Origin: Eledone cirrhosa
Taxonomy: Eukaryota
Reading direction: 5' to 3'
DNA length: 64,000 nt
NCBI GenBank assembly: GCA_964016885.1
Contig: OZ024743.1
Location: forward strand, 153,822,001 to 153,886,000
Both the position numbers and the translations under genes were made by a program. Each line of letters starts with the position of its first letter. Within the stretch, counting starts at the first letter, position 1. Under the pieces are notes generated by a model that saw only the letters and a list, made by a program, of their open reading frames with translations, was not told where the DNA came from and did not search any database. Shown one piece after another: positions 39,456 to 52,280 of this stretch.

Positions 39456-42400
39456 CTCACCCAACAGGTGCCCCCTGGCTCAGCAGCAGGAACCTGACTG
39501 TCAACCAAATACTGCTGATGTTGGAGGAAGGAGAAGAAGGAAAGGGGCCAGAACCAACTGGACGAAAGAATTGAATAGAACTGTTATGCAATGTTACCTG
39601 AAAAGTAACCCCAAGGAGAGGGGCTACAGGAGACGGATGCATAACATCTGGAACGAGATTGGTTTATTTAAATTAGATGAACAAAAATTGGCCGGGCAGG
39701 CTCGGGTAATAAGAACTAATGGATGGATAAGCGAGCTGGAACTGGAGGAACTGAGCAGAGAGAATGGCTTGGAGATGGCGGGTGTAGTATGCCAGACAAG
39801 CGAGCCAGTGGGAAAAGAAGGTGAAGAGGTCCTGAGAACGGAGGAACCACCCGAAGCAGACAATGATCTGAATACTGAGATAAATAATACCTGGAACAGA
39901 TACGGCCACTGAGGAGATGAATGCTGACGGGCTAGGACAAGATTCGGTTGACATCCTAAATTTAGTGGTAGATGAATTGAACAATGATAGTGGGAGACCT
40001 ATGAACCTAAGATTTGTAGACAGGAAAAAGTTAAAAGAAACAACAGCTAAGGTAAACAAAGTCATCCCATACCTTGAGGCGAGGAGCCTTCACCAGTACA
40101 ACAATATCCTCAAAGCAACAGCAAATACGGTGAAGAAACTACTTGGTATAAAAGCGAGAGGAAACAACAGACTAGAAAGAGCAGAGCCGTGGTGGAAGAA
40201 GCGACTGAGTGGGCAAATCGGGGAAATGAGAAATGACATAGGAAAGCTTGAGTCACTACTGAATGGGATACTAAAAAACATAGGCACTAAAAATAGACTG
40301 GAAATAAAATACAAAACTAGGAGGAAAAAGCTAAATATTATCATAGAGGAACTGAAGCAACGCATTGTAGCAAAGAGTGCAAAAATCAGGCGATACGAGA
40401 ACAGAGTCAGTCAGTATAAACAGAACCGCATGTTCGACAACAACCAGAAGATGCTGTTTGGACAGCTTGAGGGGAAAGAAAGATGCAACGACTTGATCCC
40501 TGGGGCGGAGCAAACTAAAACATTCTGGAGAGGAATATGGGAGCAGGATGTTAGACACAATGCCCAGGCAGGGTGGATTGAGACAGTACAGAGGGAGATC
40601 GGTGAGCAGGCACAACAACAAACTGATTTGAGTATCACAGTTGAAACTCTTAAGGGGCAGGCCAAAAAACTAACCAACTGGAAATCACCAGGCCCAGATG
40701 GTGTGCAGGGGTATTGGATTAAACATTTAACATCCCTCCACCCGAAGCTGACGGCCATGTTCAATGACTGCTTGTTGTCGGGTGAGGTGCCAGAGTGGTT
40801 GACAAAAGGTACCACAGTTCTGATAATGAAAGACCGAATCAAGGGTAATGATGTTACCAACTATAGACCTATCACATGTCTGTCCGTAATGTGGAAACTG
40901 TTGACGGGCATTGTGTCTGAGGAAATCTACCATCACCTCCACACAAACAACTTGTTACCGGACGAACAGAAAGGATGCCGAAAGAAGTCACGTGGTACAA
41001 AGGACCAGTTACTTATTGATAAGATGGTAATGGGGAATTGCAGGAGGAGACACACTGATCTTGCCATGGGATGGATAGACTACAGAAAGGCATTTGACAT
41101 GGTGCCTCATTCCTGGATCACCAAAAGCCTGGATATCTTCAGGGTGGCAGATAACATCAGACAGTTGCTAGGCAGGAGTATGGGGTCCTGGGAGACAGAG
41201 TTGACATCAACTGGAGTATCCTTGGGAAGAGTGAAGATCAAGAGAGGTATCTTCCAGGGAGATAGCCTGTCCCCTCTGTTGTTTGTCCTTGCCCTGATGC
41301 CCTTGACCATTATGCTGCGAAAAGTGAGAGCAGGATACAAGTTGGGAAGGGGAGAGCTTACCATCAATCACCTCCTCTTCATGGACGATCTTAAGCTCTT
41401 CGGGAAAAGTGAGAAGGAGTTGGATGTGCTTGTTGACACTGTCCGTATTTTCAGCAGTGATATATGTATGCAGTTTGGTATTGGTAAATGTGGAGTCATT
41501 GTGACGAAGAGGGGTAGGTTGAGCAGAAGTAACGGGATCCAGATACCAACAGGTGAGATGATAAAGGAAATTGACTCTGAGGAAGGATACATGTATTTGG
41601 GCGTTCTGGAGGCTGATGGCATAAAGAATAAAAAAATGAAGGAATTGTTAAGAACTGAATACATTCGGAGAGTAAGGAGCGTATTGAAGTCACATCCGAA
41701 CAGCAGAAATGCCATAAGCGCAGTAAATTCCCGAGCTGTGTCTATTATTAGGTACAGTGCGGGAATTCTAAGATGGACTGTTGCTGAACAAAAAGAAATG
41801 GATAGGAAGACTAGGAAGCTATTGACTATCTACAACATGTTCCACAAGAGGAGTGATGTCGATAGACTCTACCTAAGGAGATCTGAGGGTGAAAGAGGTC
41901 TTATCAGCATAGAGGACTGTGTTCAGATGGAGAAAAAGAACCTATACAAATACGTGACCTATAGTAAGGAGCCAATGCTCAGAACTGTACTGAAGGAGGG
42001 GACAGTAGGCCAGGGGATGTCCAAGGAGGAAATAACATCAAGGAGGAAGAGCAGCCTTAAGGGAAAATCCCTTCATAGTACCTTCTTTGAGAAAACTGAA
42101 TTTAGAGATCCACAGACATGGAACTGGTTGAGAAGAGGAGATCTCAAAAAGGCTACAGAAGGAATGCTAATGGCTGCGCAGGAGCAGGCCCTCAAAACGA
42201 AGTGGTTGAAGCACCATATCTACAAGGAGGAGGCTAGCCCACTGTGCAGGATCTGTGGAGAGAGAGAGGAGACTGTGGCTCACATTGTGTCCGAGCGTAA
42301 ACACCTAGCCCAGACCCACTATAAGGGCTGGAGACACGATGTGATGGGCAGGGTGATCCACTGGCACCTGTGCAAAGTAAACAATTTACCACATTCTGAG

Positions 42401-42937
42401 AAATGGTATGAGCATAGGCCAGAGGTGGTGATGGAGAACAATCAGGTGAAGGTGCTGTGGGATTTTAGGATACAGACGGACAAAAAACAGGAACACAATA
42501 GACCTGACCTGGTGGTTGTGGACAAAGAAAAAAGATCGTGCCTGATTGTGGATGTGGCCTGCCCGTTCGACACGAGAGTGCAAGAGAAGGAGAGGGAGAA
42601 AATTAACCGATACCAGGACCTAAAGTGGGAGGTGAAAAGGATTTGGAACTGCCATGAAGTCAAAGTGATCCCGATTGTCATAGGCGCACTGGGGACTATC
42701 TCCAAAAGTTTCCAGGGATGGTTAAAGAAAATCGGCCCCTTCACGCTTTTTGGAACGCTTCAAAAGGCATGCTTGCTTGGAACAGCAAGAACCCTCCGAT
42801 ACGTCCTGAATATCTGAGGCTGCAGGTAGTGGCTTGATATTCAATCCAACGGACTTTCCAGTTAACCAACATCAATGACTGAGATTCAAGGAATAACAAC
42901 AATAATAATAATTATAATAATAATAGTAATAATGATA
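39456..42937 (+). mobile_element. R4/Dong-like family B, copy 2 (slightly 5'-truncated, nearly intact)
   Basis: Begins inside the TAA tail of copy 1, at sequence matching 35978; ends in (TAA)n. Confidence 0.92.
39917..42817 (+). CDS. RT plus CCHC knuckle plus restriction-like endonuclease polyprotein (966 aa; N-terminus 39571..39912 frameshifted)
   Basis: [50 protein letters not shown]...H...(last C to R), RHD, RPDL...IVDVACP...KINRY. Confidence 0.92.
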   Translation: MNADGLGQDSVDILNLVVDELNNDSGRPMNLRFVDRKKLKETTAKVNKVIPYLEARSLHQYNNILKATANTVKKLLGIKARGNNRLERAEPWWKKRLSGQIGEMRNDIGKLESLLNGILKNIGTKNRLEIKYKTRRKKLNIIIEELKQRIVAKSAKIRRYENRVSQYKQNRMFDNNQKMLFGQLEGKERCNDLIPGAEQTKTFWRGIWEQDVRHNAQAGWIETVQREIGEQAQQQTDLSITVETLKGQAKKLTNWKSPGPDGVQGYWIKHLTSLHPKLTAMFNDCLLSGEVPEWLTKGTTVLIMKDRIKGNDVTNYRPITCLSVMWKLLTGIVSEEIYHHLHTNNLLPDEQKGCRKKSRGTKDQLLIDKMVMGNCRRRHTDLAMGWIDYRKAFDMVPHSWITKSLDIFRVADNIRQLLGRSMGSWETELTSTGVSLGRVKIKRGIFQGDSLSPLLFVLALMPLTIMLRKVRAGYKLGRGELTINHLLFMDDLKLFGKSEKELDVLVDTVRIFSSDICMQFGIGKCGVIVTKRGRLSRSNGIQIPTGEMIKEIDSEEGYMYLGVLEADGIKNKKMKELLRTEYIRRVRSVLKSHPNSRNAISAVNSRAVSIIRYSAGILRWTVAEQKEMDRKTRKLLTIYNMFHKRSDVDRLYLRRSEGERGLISIEDCVQMEKKNLYKYVTYSKEPMLRTVLKEGTVGQGMSKEEITSRRKSSLKGKSLHSTFFEKTEFRDPQTWNWLRRGDLKKATEGMLMAAQEQALKTKWLKHHIYKEEASPLCRICGEREETVAHIVSERKHLAQTHYKGWRHDVMGRVIHWHLCKVNNLPHSEKWYEHRPEVVMENNQVKVLWDFRIQTDKKQEHNRPDLVVVDKEKRSCLIVDVACPFDTRVQEKEREKINRYQDLKWEVKRIWNCHEVKVIPIVIGALGTISKSFQGWLKKIGPFTLFGTLQKACLLGTARTLRYVLNI

Positions 42938-44280
42938 AGGGAAGAAGACGCACGTGGTGGATAGAAGGTCATGAAATCGCTCCCGTAAATTTTCAATTTT
43001 TAACATAATTAAATCAATTGTGAAATAACAATTCTTAGTACAAATAATACATAAAGCACCACACTCAACTATCAGAAAATTCGGATCCATAATATTCTGT
43101 TATATCACTCAAATATTTAATTTTGTATTATACATTTTATATTCAAAAAAGAAAACGGTTATACATGGAAGAAAATCCCCTCTGTCTACACTATATAGAA
43201 CAGCCAAATAACAGCAATTTCACCAACACCACAAACTAGATACACCACCTATCCCATCACCCCTCTGTGTACACTAAATACAACAGCCAGATAACGGCAA
43301 TTTCACCACCACCACCACCAATCCCTGCATAATAATAATAATTACTATAATTATTGTCTCAAGTTTTCACAAAATGTTTAATCCAATATTAAGAAAATAT
43401 GTCAACACATATATTAAACACGCAACTAACCGCATAGATACACCGATCAAACAAACTACAGTCTATTCAACAAAACTCAGTAACGACAACGCCATCACTA
43501 TAGTCACCGCTGCCACCACTCCATCCATCATTGCTACCACTATCCCATCAGCGCCGCCACCACTCCTTCATTGCTACCACCGATATTCCCCCATTACCTT
43601 CTGTTAACTTACGAAAGGGGAAGGTGGCGGTATCACTAGGCAATATTAATAAACAATATCAATATTTAATTTTGGATAAGGAATGTTAGAGTCGAAAAGG
43701 AGGAAAATGGCAAAATGACTAAATAGCTAAATAGCTAAATGGCTAAGTGGACAGAGAAGATAATTTTACCACCAACACCACCACCACTACCTCGCTAAAA
43801 ACTCTAGTCAAGTTACCTCAACTTCTATTTCTACTTCAACTTAGAGCACCATCACTACAGTACTACGATCACATCACCACCACCACTGCCTCATTATCGC
43901 TACCGCCGCTATTCTCTCCCACTACCTCCTGCTAAGTACTACTAGCAAAGCACCACCACCACTGCCTCATTATCACTACCGCCGCTATTCTCTCCCATTA
44001 CCTCCTGCTACAACGTAGTGTCCCCACTAAAAGAGGAAGGCATCAAAATATATAAATAGACTGATTTGATGACCCGGTCAAATAATCAAAAAACCAAAAA
44101 TCAAAACCAAAGCAGCACAGCAACAACGACAAACGTAAAGAAAAGAAAAATGAAAAGAAAAACAAACAGACGGACAGAGAAGGGAAGGGAAAAACTAAGT
44201 CAGACATTCAAACATTATATTACAATGAAACTTATGCTTCTTCTTTTTTTTTTTGCCTGGTTGTTTGTTTGTTTATTTAT
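42938..44280. repeat. Spacer repeat S2
   Basis: Homologous to S1; 43601-43645 also matches 29978-30020. Confidence 0.85.
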
Positions 44281-45932
44281 GTTCGTCTACAGCGTGATAG
44301 TGCCACACAAAAATCACCGGGAGTGACGAAATCACCGGAGGTGATGAAATCACCGGTGGTTATGTAACCATACATTCACCAATCCTCGATAAGAGTGGTT
44401 AAATGTCGAACCTAAACAGTTCGAATAACGTTGAAGTGGAGACTAGAATGTCATGTGACAGACTCTCACCCAGCAGGTGCTCCCTGGCTCAGCAGCAGCG
44501 ACCTGGCTGTCAACCAAATACTGCTGGTGTTGGAGGAAGAAGAAGAAGGAATGGGACCAGAACCAACTGGACGAAAGAATTGAATAGAACTGTTATGCAA
44601 TGTTACCTGCAGAGTAACCCCAAGGAGAAAGGCTATAGGAAACGGATGCTTAACATCTGGAACGAGATTGGTCTATGTAAATTAGATGAACAAAAATTGG
44701 CCGGGCAGGCTCGGGTAATAAGAACTAATGGGTGGAAAAGCGAGCTGGAACTGGAGGAACTGAGCAGAGAGATTAGCTTGGAAATGGAGAGTGGAGTATG
44801 CCAGGCAAAAGAGCCGGTGGGAAATGAAGGGGAAGAGGTTGAGAGAACGGAGTAATCATCAGAAGCAGACAATAATCTGAATGCTGAAATAAATAATACC
44901 TGGAACACAGATACGGCCATTGAGCAGATGAATGCTGACGGGCTAGGACAAGATTTTGTTGATATCCAAAACTTAGTGGTAGATGAATTGAACAATGATA
45001 GTGGGATACCTATGAACCTAAGATTTGTAGACAGGAAAAAGTTAAAAGAAACAACAGCTAAGGTAAACAAAGTTATCCAATACCTTGAGGCGAGGAGCCT
45101 TCACCAGTGCAACAATATCCTCAAAGCAACAGCAAATACGGTGAGGAAATTACTTGGTATAAAAGCGAGAGGAAACAACAAACAAGAAAGATCAGAGCCT
45201 TGGTGGAAGAAACGACTGAGTGGTCAAATCAGGGTAATGAGAAATGATATTGCAAACCTTGAGTCCCTACTGAATGGGACACTAGAAAACATAGACACTA
45301 AAAATAGACTGGAAATAAAGTACAAAACTAGGAGGAAAAAGCTAAATATTATCATAGAGGAACTGAAGCAACGCATTGCAACAAAGAAAGCAAAACTTAG
45401 GCGATACGAGAGCAGAGTCAGTTAGTATAGACAGAACCGCATGTTTGACAACAACCAGAAGATGCTGTTTGGACAGCTTGAATGGAAAGAAAGAGGCAAC
45501 GACTTGATCCCTGAGGCGGAACAAACTAACACATTCTGGAGAGAAATATGGGAGCAGGATGTTAAACATGACCAGGCAGTGTGGATTGAAACAGTACAGA
45601 AGGAGATTAGTGAACAGGCACACCAACAAACTGATTTGAGAATCACAGTTGAAACTCTTAAGGAGCAGGCCAAAAAACTAACCAACTGGAAATCACCAGG
45701 CCCAGATGGTGTGCAGGGCTATTGGATTAAAAATATAACATCCCTCCACTCGAAACTGACAATCATGTTCAATGACTGCTGCTTGATGTCAGGTGAGGTA
45801 CCAGAGTGGTTGACAAAAGGTACCACATTTCTGATAATGAAAGACCGAATCAAGGGTAATGAAGTTACCAACTATAGACCTATCACATGTCTGTCCGTAA
45901 TGTGGAAACTGTTGACAAGCATTATGTCTGAG

Positions 45933-46110
45933 GAAAGCACCCAGCCCACACTGTAAAGTGGTCGTGTAGGTGTCACCGCAAAAAGCACCCAGCACTCACT
46001 GTAAATGAGGTTGGTGTTAGGAATCAAGCCAGAATCAGTTCCCGTCCCACCCTTGCAAGCAGGGAAAAGCGGACGTAAAATGAAATGATGATGATGATGA
46101 TGATGATGAT
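45933..46110 (+). mobile_element. RTE 3'-tail fragment ending in (TGA)n
   Basis: aaaagcacccagc...ctgtaaagtggtcgtgtaggtg units as at 26280-26380; the tail matches 29652-29703 on the minus strand. Confidence 0.8.
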
Positions 46111-46387
46111 ATACAAAACAATTGGTAGGTATGATCAGAATTGCTACACACTGTCATCCTGGGAAGGTATCTGTCTAGGACACACGCGTATAACTTGCTG
46201 AGTAAGTTCTGTTTAAATTTCTATAGAAATTCTTGTCTGATAACTTTAATTTTTGTACCATTTTGTAGAGGGACTGCCAGGTCAAACTTTGATCTGGTCA
46301 GTCTCTCAAAATACTCTACGCCTTTAGGCGAAATAGTTAAACAAAAAAAAAAGTTTTTTCTTGTTGAAAAGTCAATTTTTTTTTTAA

Positions 46388-48180
46388 ATGGCCGAAGCTT
46401 CTTCACCAAAATTCGAAGGAGGAAAGGGCAAGATAAACTTACAGCTTCCCCCTGCCACTGTCACAGTAGCAGAGGTCAAGAAGAAAGGTCAGCCAGAGGA
46501 AGAATTCTCTCTACCTGTTAACCGACAACTTGACGTTGCCATGGCAACAACCCAAAGAACCAGCAGCAACTGCAACAACAACAACAATGCGACGGACGAA
46601 AACAACACCAATAACAATAACAACAACAACAAGACCAATAACGGTGACAACAACAACAATGATAACAACAACACCACCAACGACAACAACAACACAAACA
46701 AAGAAAATTTCTCCTTCGCCGAGATGACAAGGAAAACCCTCGACTATCTGCCAGTAGATATAACCAAAGCGAAGGAGCTACTGGCAGATGCGAAAAAATA
46801 TATAGTGTACGGAGAAAATGGTTCATTCACAATCCATCCACCCCCCCCCCTGAACTAAAAAGCCAGAGACTCCTAAACACGGTCATGTTTAGGACAATCT
46901 CGAACAAAAGTAAAAAACCAGCTCAACCATCACAGAGTGAGATAGAGCTGGTTTTAAAAGACGTCATGAAGGACATCACCTTCATTCAGAAGGATAGACT
47001 CTACGGGAGTCTATCCATTCTCATGAAGGACAGGGACACAGCAGTGAAACTGTCCATCAAACCAATCACATCCACCGCATACACCTTCTACCCTACGTAC
47101 ATGGGTAGAAGAACACAAAAAATAAAAATCCACACCATCCTGCCGATTATGGACATATGGTGGGTTTTGACAGGTTTTCTGGACCTGGAGGATGACATGC
47201 TGGTGTCCATGGGAAAGGCATCGGGTGACGCGTTCAGTGGAACGAGCCTCGAACTTGTAGTTCAAATGAGGCCCGAAAGGATCGCCCAGATCCCTGAACG
47301 CGTCATACTGGATGATCTAACCTTCATCAACATTACCGTTGAGGGTAGACGGCCCTCGTGTTACCTCTGCGGAACCAGAGGTTACCTGATGGCTGTCTGT
47401 CACCAACTTAATAAGAAAACCCCAATCCTGCCTACACCACCAACAACTGCACAACCAACACAATCACCACAACTACCACTACAAAAACAACCACCACAGC
47501 TCAAACCAAAACAAAACAATGTCCAACCCATCCCCTCCACTCAAAAAACAAAAACAATTTCCAAAACACCCGTACCGCAAACACAACCCGAAAATATACC
47601 CCTCCCCTCCAACGCGGAAGATGACCCTAGTTCATCGTCAGACGAGGAGGAGCACTTCCACACAATCAAAAGAAAAAAAAGAAAACACACCTCAGACACA
47701 CAAATGAAAACAACCCCTCCCCAAAACATAACACTGACACCAACACAAAAGAGCTCACAACAACAGCAAACAAAAAACACCACACAAAAACAAAAACATG
47801 CATACACATACATAAACACAAGAAACAAAAAACTGTTAAACATTGTGTACAACAACAATCTAATAAAAACACAAGGGCCTAACTTCACCCAGGCAGGGGA
47901 TTTCCCCCACCTCAAAATGATTAAGGCCCCACAGGACACCTATAAAACTTTAAAAAACAATTTTAAAGAGGACGTGGGTCCCCCCTGCGTCGGGCCCATT
48001 AACCGCGTCCTCCTAAAAAACTATCCCACCCCCTCCCCAAACACCCACACAACTCCAAGCTCCCCAACCACACAACACACTGATGCCCCTACACTCCCAC
48101 AAACCACCACCCCACCCAACAACCCATCCCCAACCCTAATGGAAATTGTGCAGCCCGATACCCGGGACGCAGAGAGGTAA
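46388..48180 (+). CDS. Tx1 ORF1 (zinc-knuckle gag-like), one frameshift in the C10 run at 46841-46850
   Basis: Poly-Asn N-terminus, SFAEM, EGRRPSCYLCGTRGYLMAVC knuckle, Pro/Thr-rich tail. Confidence 0.8.
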
Positions 48181-48204
48181 GTGCCTTTTCTCTTCACCAC
48201 CAAC

Positions 48205-51200
48205 ATGGCTATGCTAAGAGTAGGCTGTTTAAATGCGCGTGGCCTGGGCTCAACTTGGAAGCAAGCAATGCTTCTAAATGACCTCGGGTCACAACGTATA
48301 GATGTGATGGTTATTTGCGAGGCTCGGATCAGCAACGTGCGACAGCTGGCCCCCACCTTTGATGACTTTGAGATGCACGCATCTCTCTGTCAGCCCGGAG
48401 GTGGGGGTGGAGTTGTCGATCTGCTGCAAAAACATCTGGGTCTCGCAACACAGATGGTACATTTGGACCCGGAGGGTCGACTAGTGGTTCTGGACTTTGG
48501 CAGTGGTAAAGGCGGAGCGTTTAGGTTGATAGCCGCCTACGGCCCTTTCGGGTCAATGCGGCCGGACTTCTTCCATCGTCTGGAGACTTTTCTAGGGACG
48601 TCCCGCTCCTTGCTATTAGTGGGGGACTGGAATGGTATCCTAGATGCACGTTGGGACTACGTAGGGGCCTGTCCCGATAGAGAGGGGTGTAATAGCCTCA
48701 AAGGGTTAATCGGTCGATTGGACCTGGCCGATAGATATCGACTAGATTTTCCGACTGCGCCAACCTGGACTTGGGCAAATCGTAGCGGAACATCTAGGTC
48801 GTACCTAGATAGGTTCTTAGTTAGAATTAAGGATAAAGACTTTTTAAGTTGTCCAAAAATGCGCATGGTTGGCTATTCAGACCACAAATTAGTGACCTGC
48901 ATGGTCAACCTTGACAGAACTCATAGACAGGGACCCGGTTACTGGAAGCTCAACTTGTCCTTACCGGCAAGTAAGGCTTACAGGAACCGGATTAGCACTT
49001 TAGTTAAGCAGCGGTTGACGGGCGCCATCGTCAACAGCAGGTGGTGGGGATCTCTCAAAAGAGAGATTAGAGTAGTCTCTATAGAATTTAGTAAGGAGTT
49101 AGCCTCCAATAGAAATAGGAAGGAAAGGGAGTTGGTAGATAGTGTAGAAGAGGCAATTAGAAGCGGCGACGTGGCCAGAGTGCTAGCGTCGAGAACGGCC
49201 CTGGGCCAGTTCTTCGACGCGAAACACGAAGGATGCATCGTCCGAAGCAAAATACGTGCTCTGGGAAACGAGGGGACCAAAGCTGTTAGCTGGGCCCGCG
49301 TGACAGAAGCCAAAAGAGGGAGCAGATCCACTATCCGGTCTTTGCGAGACCAGGATGGACGGGTGATCCTTGAACCTAAGCAGATGTGCGAGGCTTTTCA
49401 AAAGCACTTTGCCGAATTGTTCGGAAGGGGCGGGGGGCCGGTTGGGGACGTGGACTTCAGTCCATACCTCGACGGCCTGCCGCATCTCTCGGACAGGGAG
49501 GCGAAGTCCTGCGAGGAGCCGATTTCAGCCGCTGAGATAGAGGACGTGCTGAGCCAATGCGGCAAACGCAAATCCCCGGGTCTCGATAGTCTTCCATACG
49601 AACTATATCTAGCTATGCCGTACTTGTTCCCCGAACTCCTCGAGGCGGTCTACTGCAACTGGCGACAGAACGGGAGAATTCCCTGTGCTGTGACCAAGGG
49701 CGTAGTCACGCTAGTGAGGAAGGACGAGAACAAGGGGGACGATATAAATAATTTCAGGCCCATAACTCTGCTAAATACAGAGTTACAGATTTTGGCAAAG
49801 GTGCTAGCAAAGAGGTTGGCGCTTGTCGTGGGCAACCTGGTGGGAGATGCGCAGACATGTGCTATCCCGTCCAGGTCCATCCACGATAACCTCCACCTCA
49901 TGCGATACATCATAGAGAGGGTTGGGAACGAACCCGGCTTTGGCGGGGCCCTGATCAACTTGGATCAATCTAAGGCATTCGATAGGGTCGACCATGGTTA
50001 CCTGGATGCGGTGCTAGCGGCGGCAGGCTTCGGACCCGTTTTCAGGGGCTGGATCAATGCCATGCACAGCAGCCGCATCTGCTCTAGGGTCAAGGTGAAC
50101 GGCTACCTCTCGGAGCCGTTCGAAATCGCGCGGTCCATCCGACAGGGGTGCCCTCTCTCCTCCCTTCTGTATGTAGTGACTCTAGAGCCACTGCTGCGGA
50201 AGCTGGAGTTGTTGCAGGGCATCCCGTTGGAACCGGGATTGCGGAAAGCGGTGTCAGCCTACGCCGATGACGTAACAGTAATGGTGTCGACGGCCTCGGA
50301 AATCGGGGCGATCGGCACCTTACTGGAGGAGTACGAAAGGTTTACAGGGGCTAAGCTGAACCCGGACAAGTCGATCGGTCTGCAACTCGGCACGTGGAGG
50401 GGCAGATCGATGCCCTCCGATGGCGTCGTCGGGCGCTAGACGGAGGGCCCGGTGAAATTGCTCGGGGTCTGGTTCGGACCAGACCTCCAGGTGGAGAAGA
50501 ACTGGGGTGAGGTGACGAGCAGGGTGTTTGCACTGACCCAGGAGTGGGCCGAGTGCAAACTGTCCCTGAAAGGTCGGGAGGAGGTGGCGAACACTTATAT
50601 AGCGTCCGTCATCTACTACTGCCTGACCGTGGTGCCTTGCCCAAGGGAAACGCTCGCCAAAATGGAGCGCGCACTCTTCCAATTCCTTTGGAAGAAGCGG
50701 GCTCCTATGGTGAGGAGATCCATCTGCTGTCAACACCCTTCGAAAGGAGGGCTGGGGATGCCGTGGCTGATGATACGTAAACACGCATTAAGGCTACGGC
50801 ACCTTCAGGTATTCCTCTCCGGTCAACCGGTGTGGGCCCCGTTTGTGAGGCGAGCCTTTCCCAGACTCGTCTCACTCACCGAGCTGCAATGCTGGGTCAA
50901 GCAAATACCGAGAAAACTGGGCGGCTGGCACACCGAGTGTGCCCAGGCGCTCACGGCTCTCTGGAAGGCGGACCCGGCTGTCAGTGGAGAATCCACCTCG
51001 TCATTCTATAGAGGGCTGGTGGTTAGCAGGTGCGACGACGCCCTCGGAGAAGCCCTAGGCATGGAGGAAGACGAACTGGCCAACCTGTTCGGTAGGACAT
51101 TCAGCCCGGGACCCATGGATAACTTCCAGGGGTCCCTGGCCTGGCAATGCTACACAGAAGGGCTCTGCCCGTTCGAGAAAGGCTCTACAGACACGGGCGC

Positions 51201-51644
51201 CCGGGTAGGGACCCATCGAAAAAGGTCTGTCCCAGATGCGTGTGCGACGAGGAAACCGTTGCACACTCATTGGTACACTGCTCGGGCATTGCCGATCTGT
51301 GGGGCTATGTCGAACAACTGCTGTCAAGGGTGGGACCGATCCGGTTGACCACCGAGTCTATTGTAACGATCAAGCCGCCTCCCCTCTTCAAAAACGAAGG
51401 AGAGGCGGTGTTTCTGTGCGTAATAGCCATGGCGAAAGAGGATGTATGGTGGACGCGTCTGAAAGGACTGAGGTCAGACACCTTTCTCTCTGGCCAACAA
51501 CTGGTCCGTTTCTTCCGATATCATTTCGGAAGAAGGATAAGGATGGAGAGAGAGGTTCTGCACCCCAGCCGTTTCTATGAAAGATGGGTGAAAGTGGCGA
51601 GAATGGCCCGTGTGAATGGGCCTTCACTCTACATCAGACTATAG
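48205..51644 (+). pseudogene. Tx1 ORF2 (APE, RT, C-terminal Zn motif) with one nonsense codon (50437) and one frameshift (~51155)
   Basis: LNARGL, GDWN, SYLDRF, SDH, PGYWKLN, KSPGLD, NFRPITLLN, LDQSKAFDRVDH, IRQGCPLS, YADD, CPRC..DEETVAH...HC. Confidence 0.92.
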
Positions 51645-51917
51645 GTGAGGAAGATGAAAGACCAAGGGAGCACCCCTTCTCTGTGCTCCTGAGGAGAAGG
51701 GTTGCACACTTTTTTCGGGGGGGGGGGGGGGGGGGGCGACCCCCCCAAGGCGCCTCCTCTCTATTGAGGACTTTGTTATACATTTTATTTTTTGTTATAT
51801 TTTATTTTATTTGTATATATTGTTATTGCCTCCTCCTTATTGAGGACGCCTTGTTTTGTAAACTCCCCCATTGTACTTGTCCCACTTTTGATGCCCTGGT
51901 GGCAAATAAAAGAAACA

Positions 51918-51964
<47 letters not shown>

Positions 51965-51970
<6 letters not shown>

Positions 51971-52280
51971 CTCCGGACAACAACTCATTCCCTTCTTTAG
52001 GTACCACTTTAGAAGGAAAATCAGAGTGGAGAGAGAGGCACTGCACCCCAGTTAATTTACTGAAAGGTGGGTGAATGTGCCAAAAATAGCCCAAGTGATT
52101 GGGACTTCTCTGTATATAAGCCTGTAGGTTGAAGAAGAGAGCAAAAGGAGGAAAGGGGCACTTGCACAACTTTCTATTCGTCTATCTATTTATCTATATA
52201 TCTGTCTTTCTCTCCGGACAACAACTCATTCCCTTCTTTAGGTACCACTTTAGAAGGAGAATCAGAGTGGAGAGAGAGGG
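51965..52280 (+). mobile_element. Two tandem 3'-end fragments of a related Tx1 element
   Basis: Both start tttctctccggacaacaactc (homologous to ~51483) right after TCTA repeats. Confidence 0.8.

Larger units (their letters stand above)
46111..51965 (+). mobile_element. Tx1/L1-clade non-LTR retrotransposon, full length
   Basis: 5' UTR, ORF1, ORF2, AATAAA near 51905 and a (TCTA)n tail. Confidence 0.9.

Noticed and set aside
36146-42744. Antisense ORFs recurring over the Dong-like copies
   Set aside because: Shadow frames of the RT coding strand repeated across copies.
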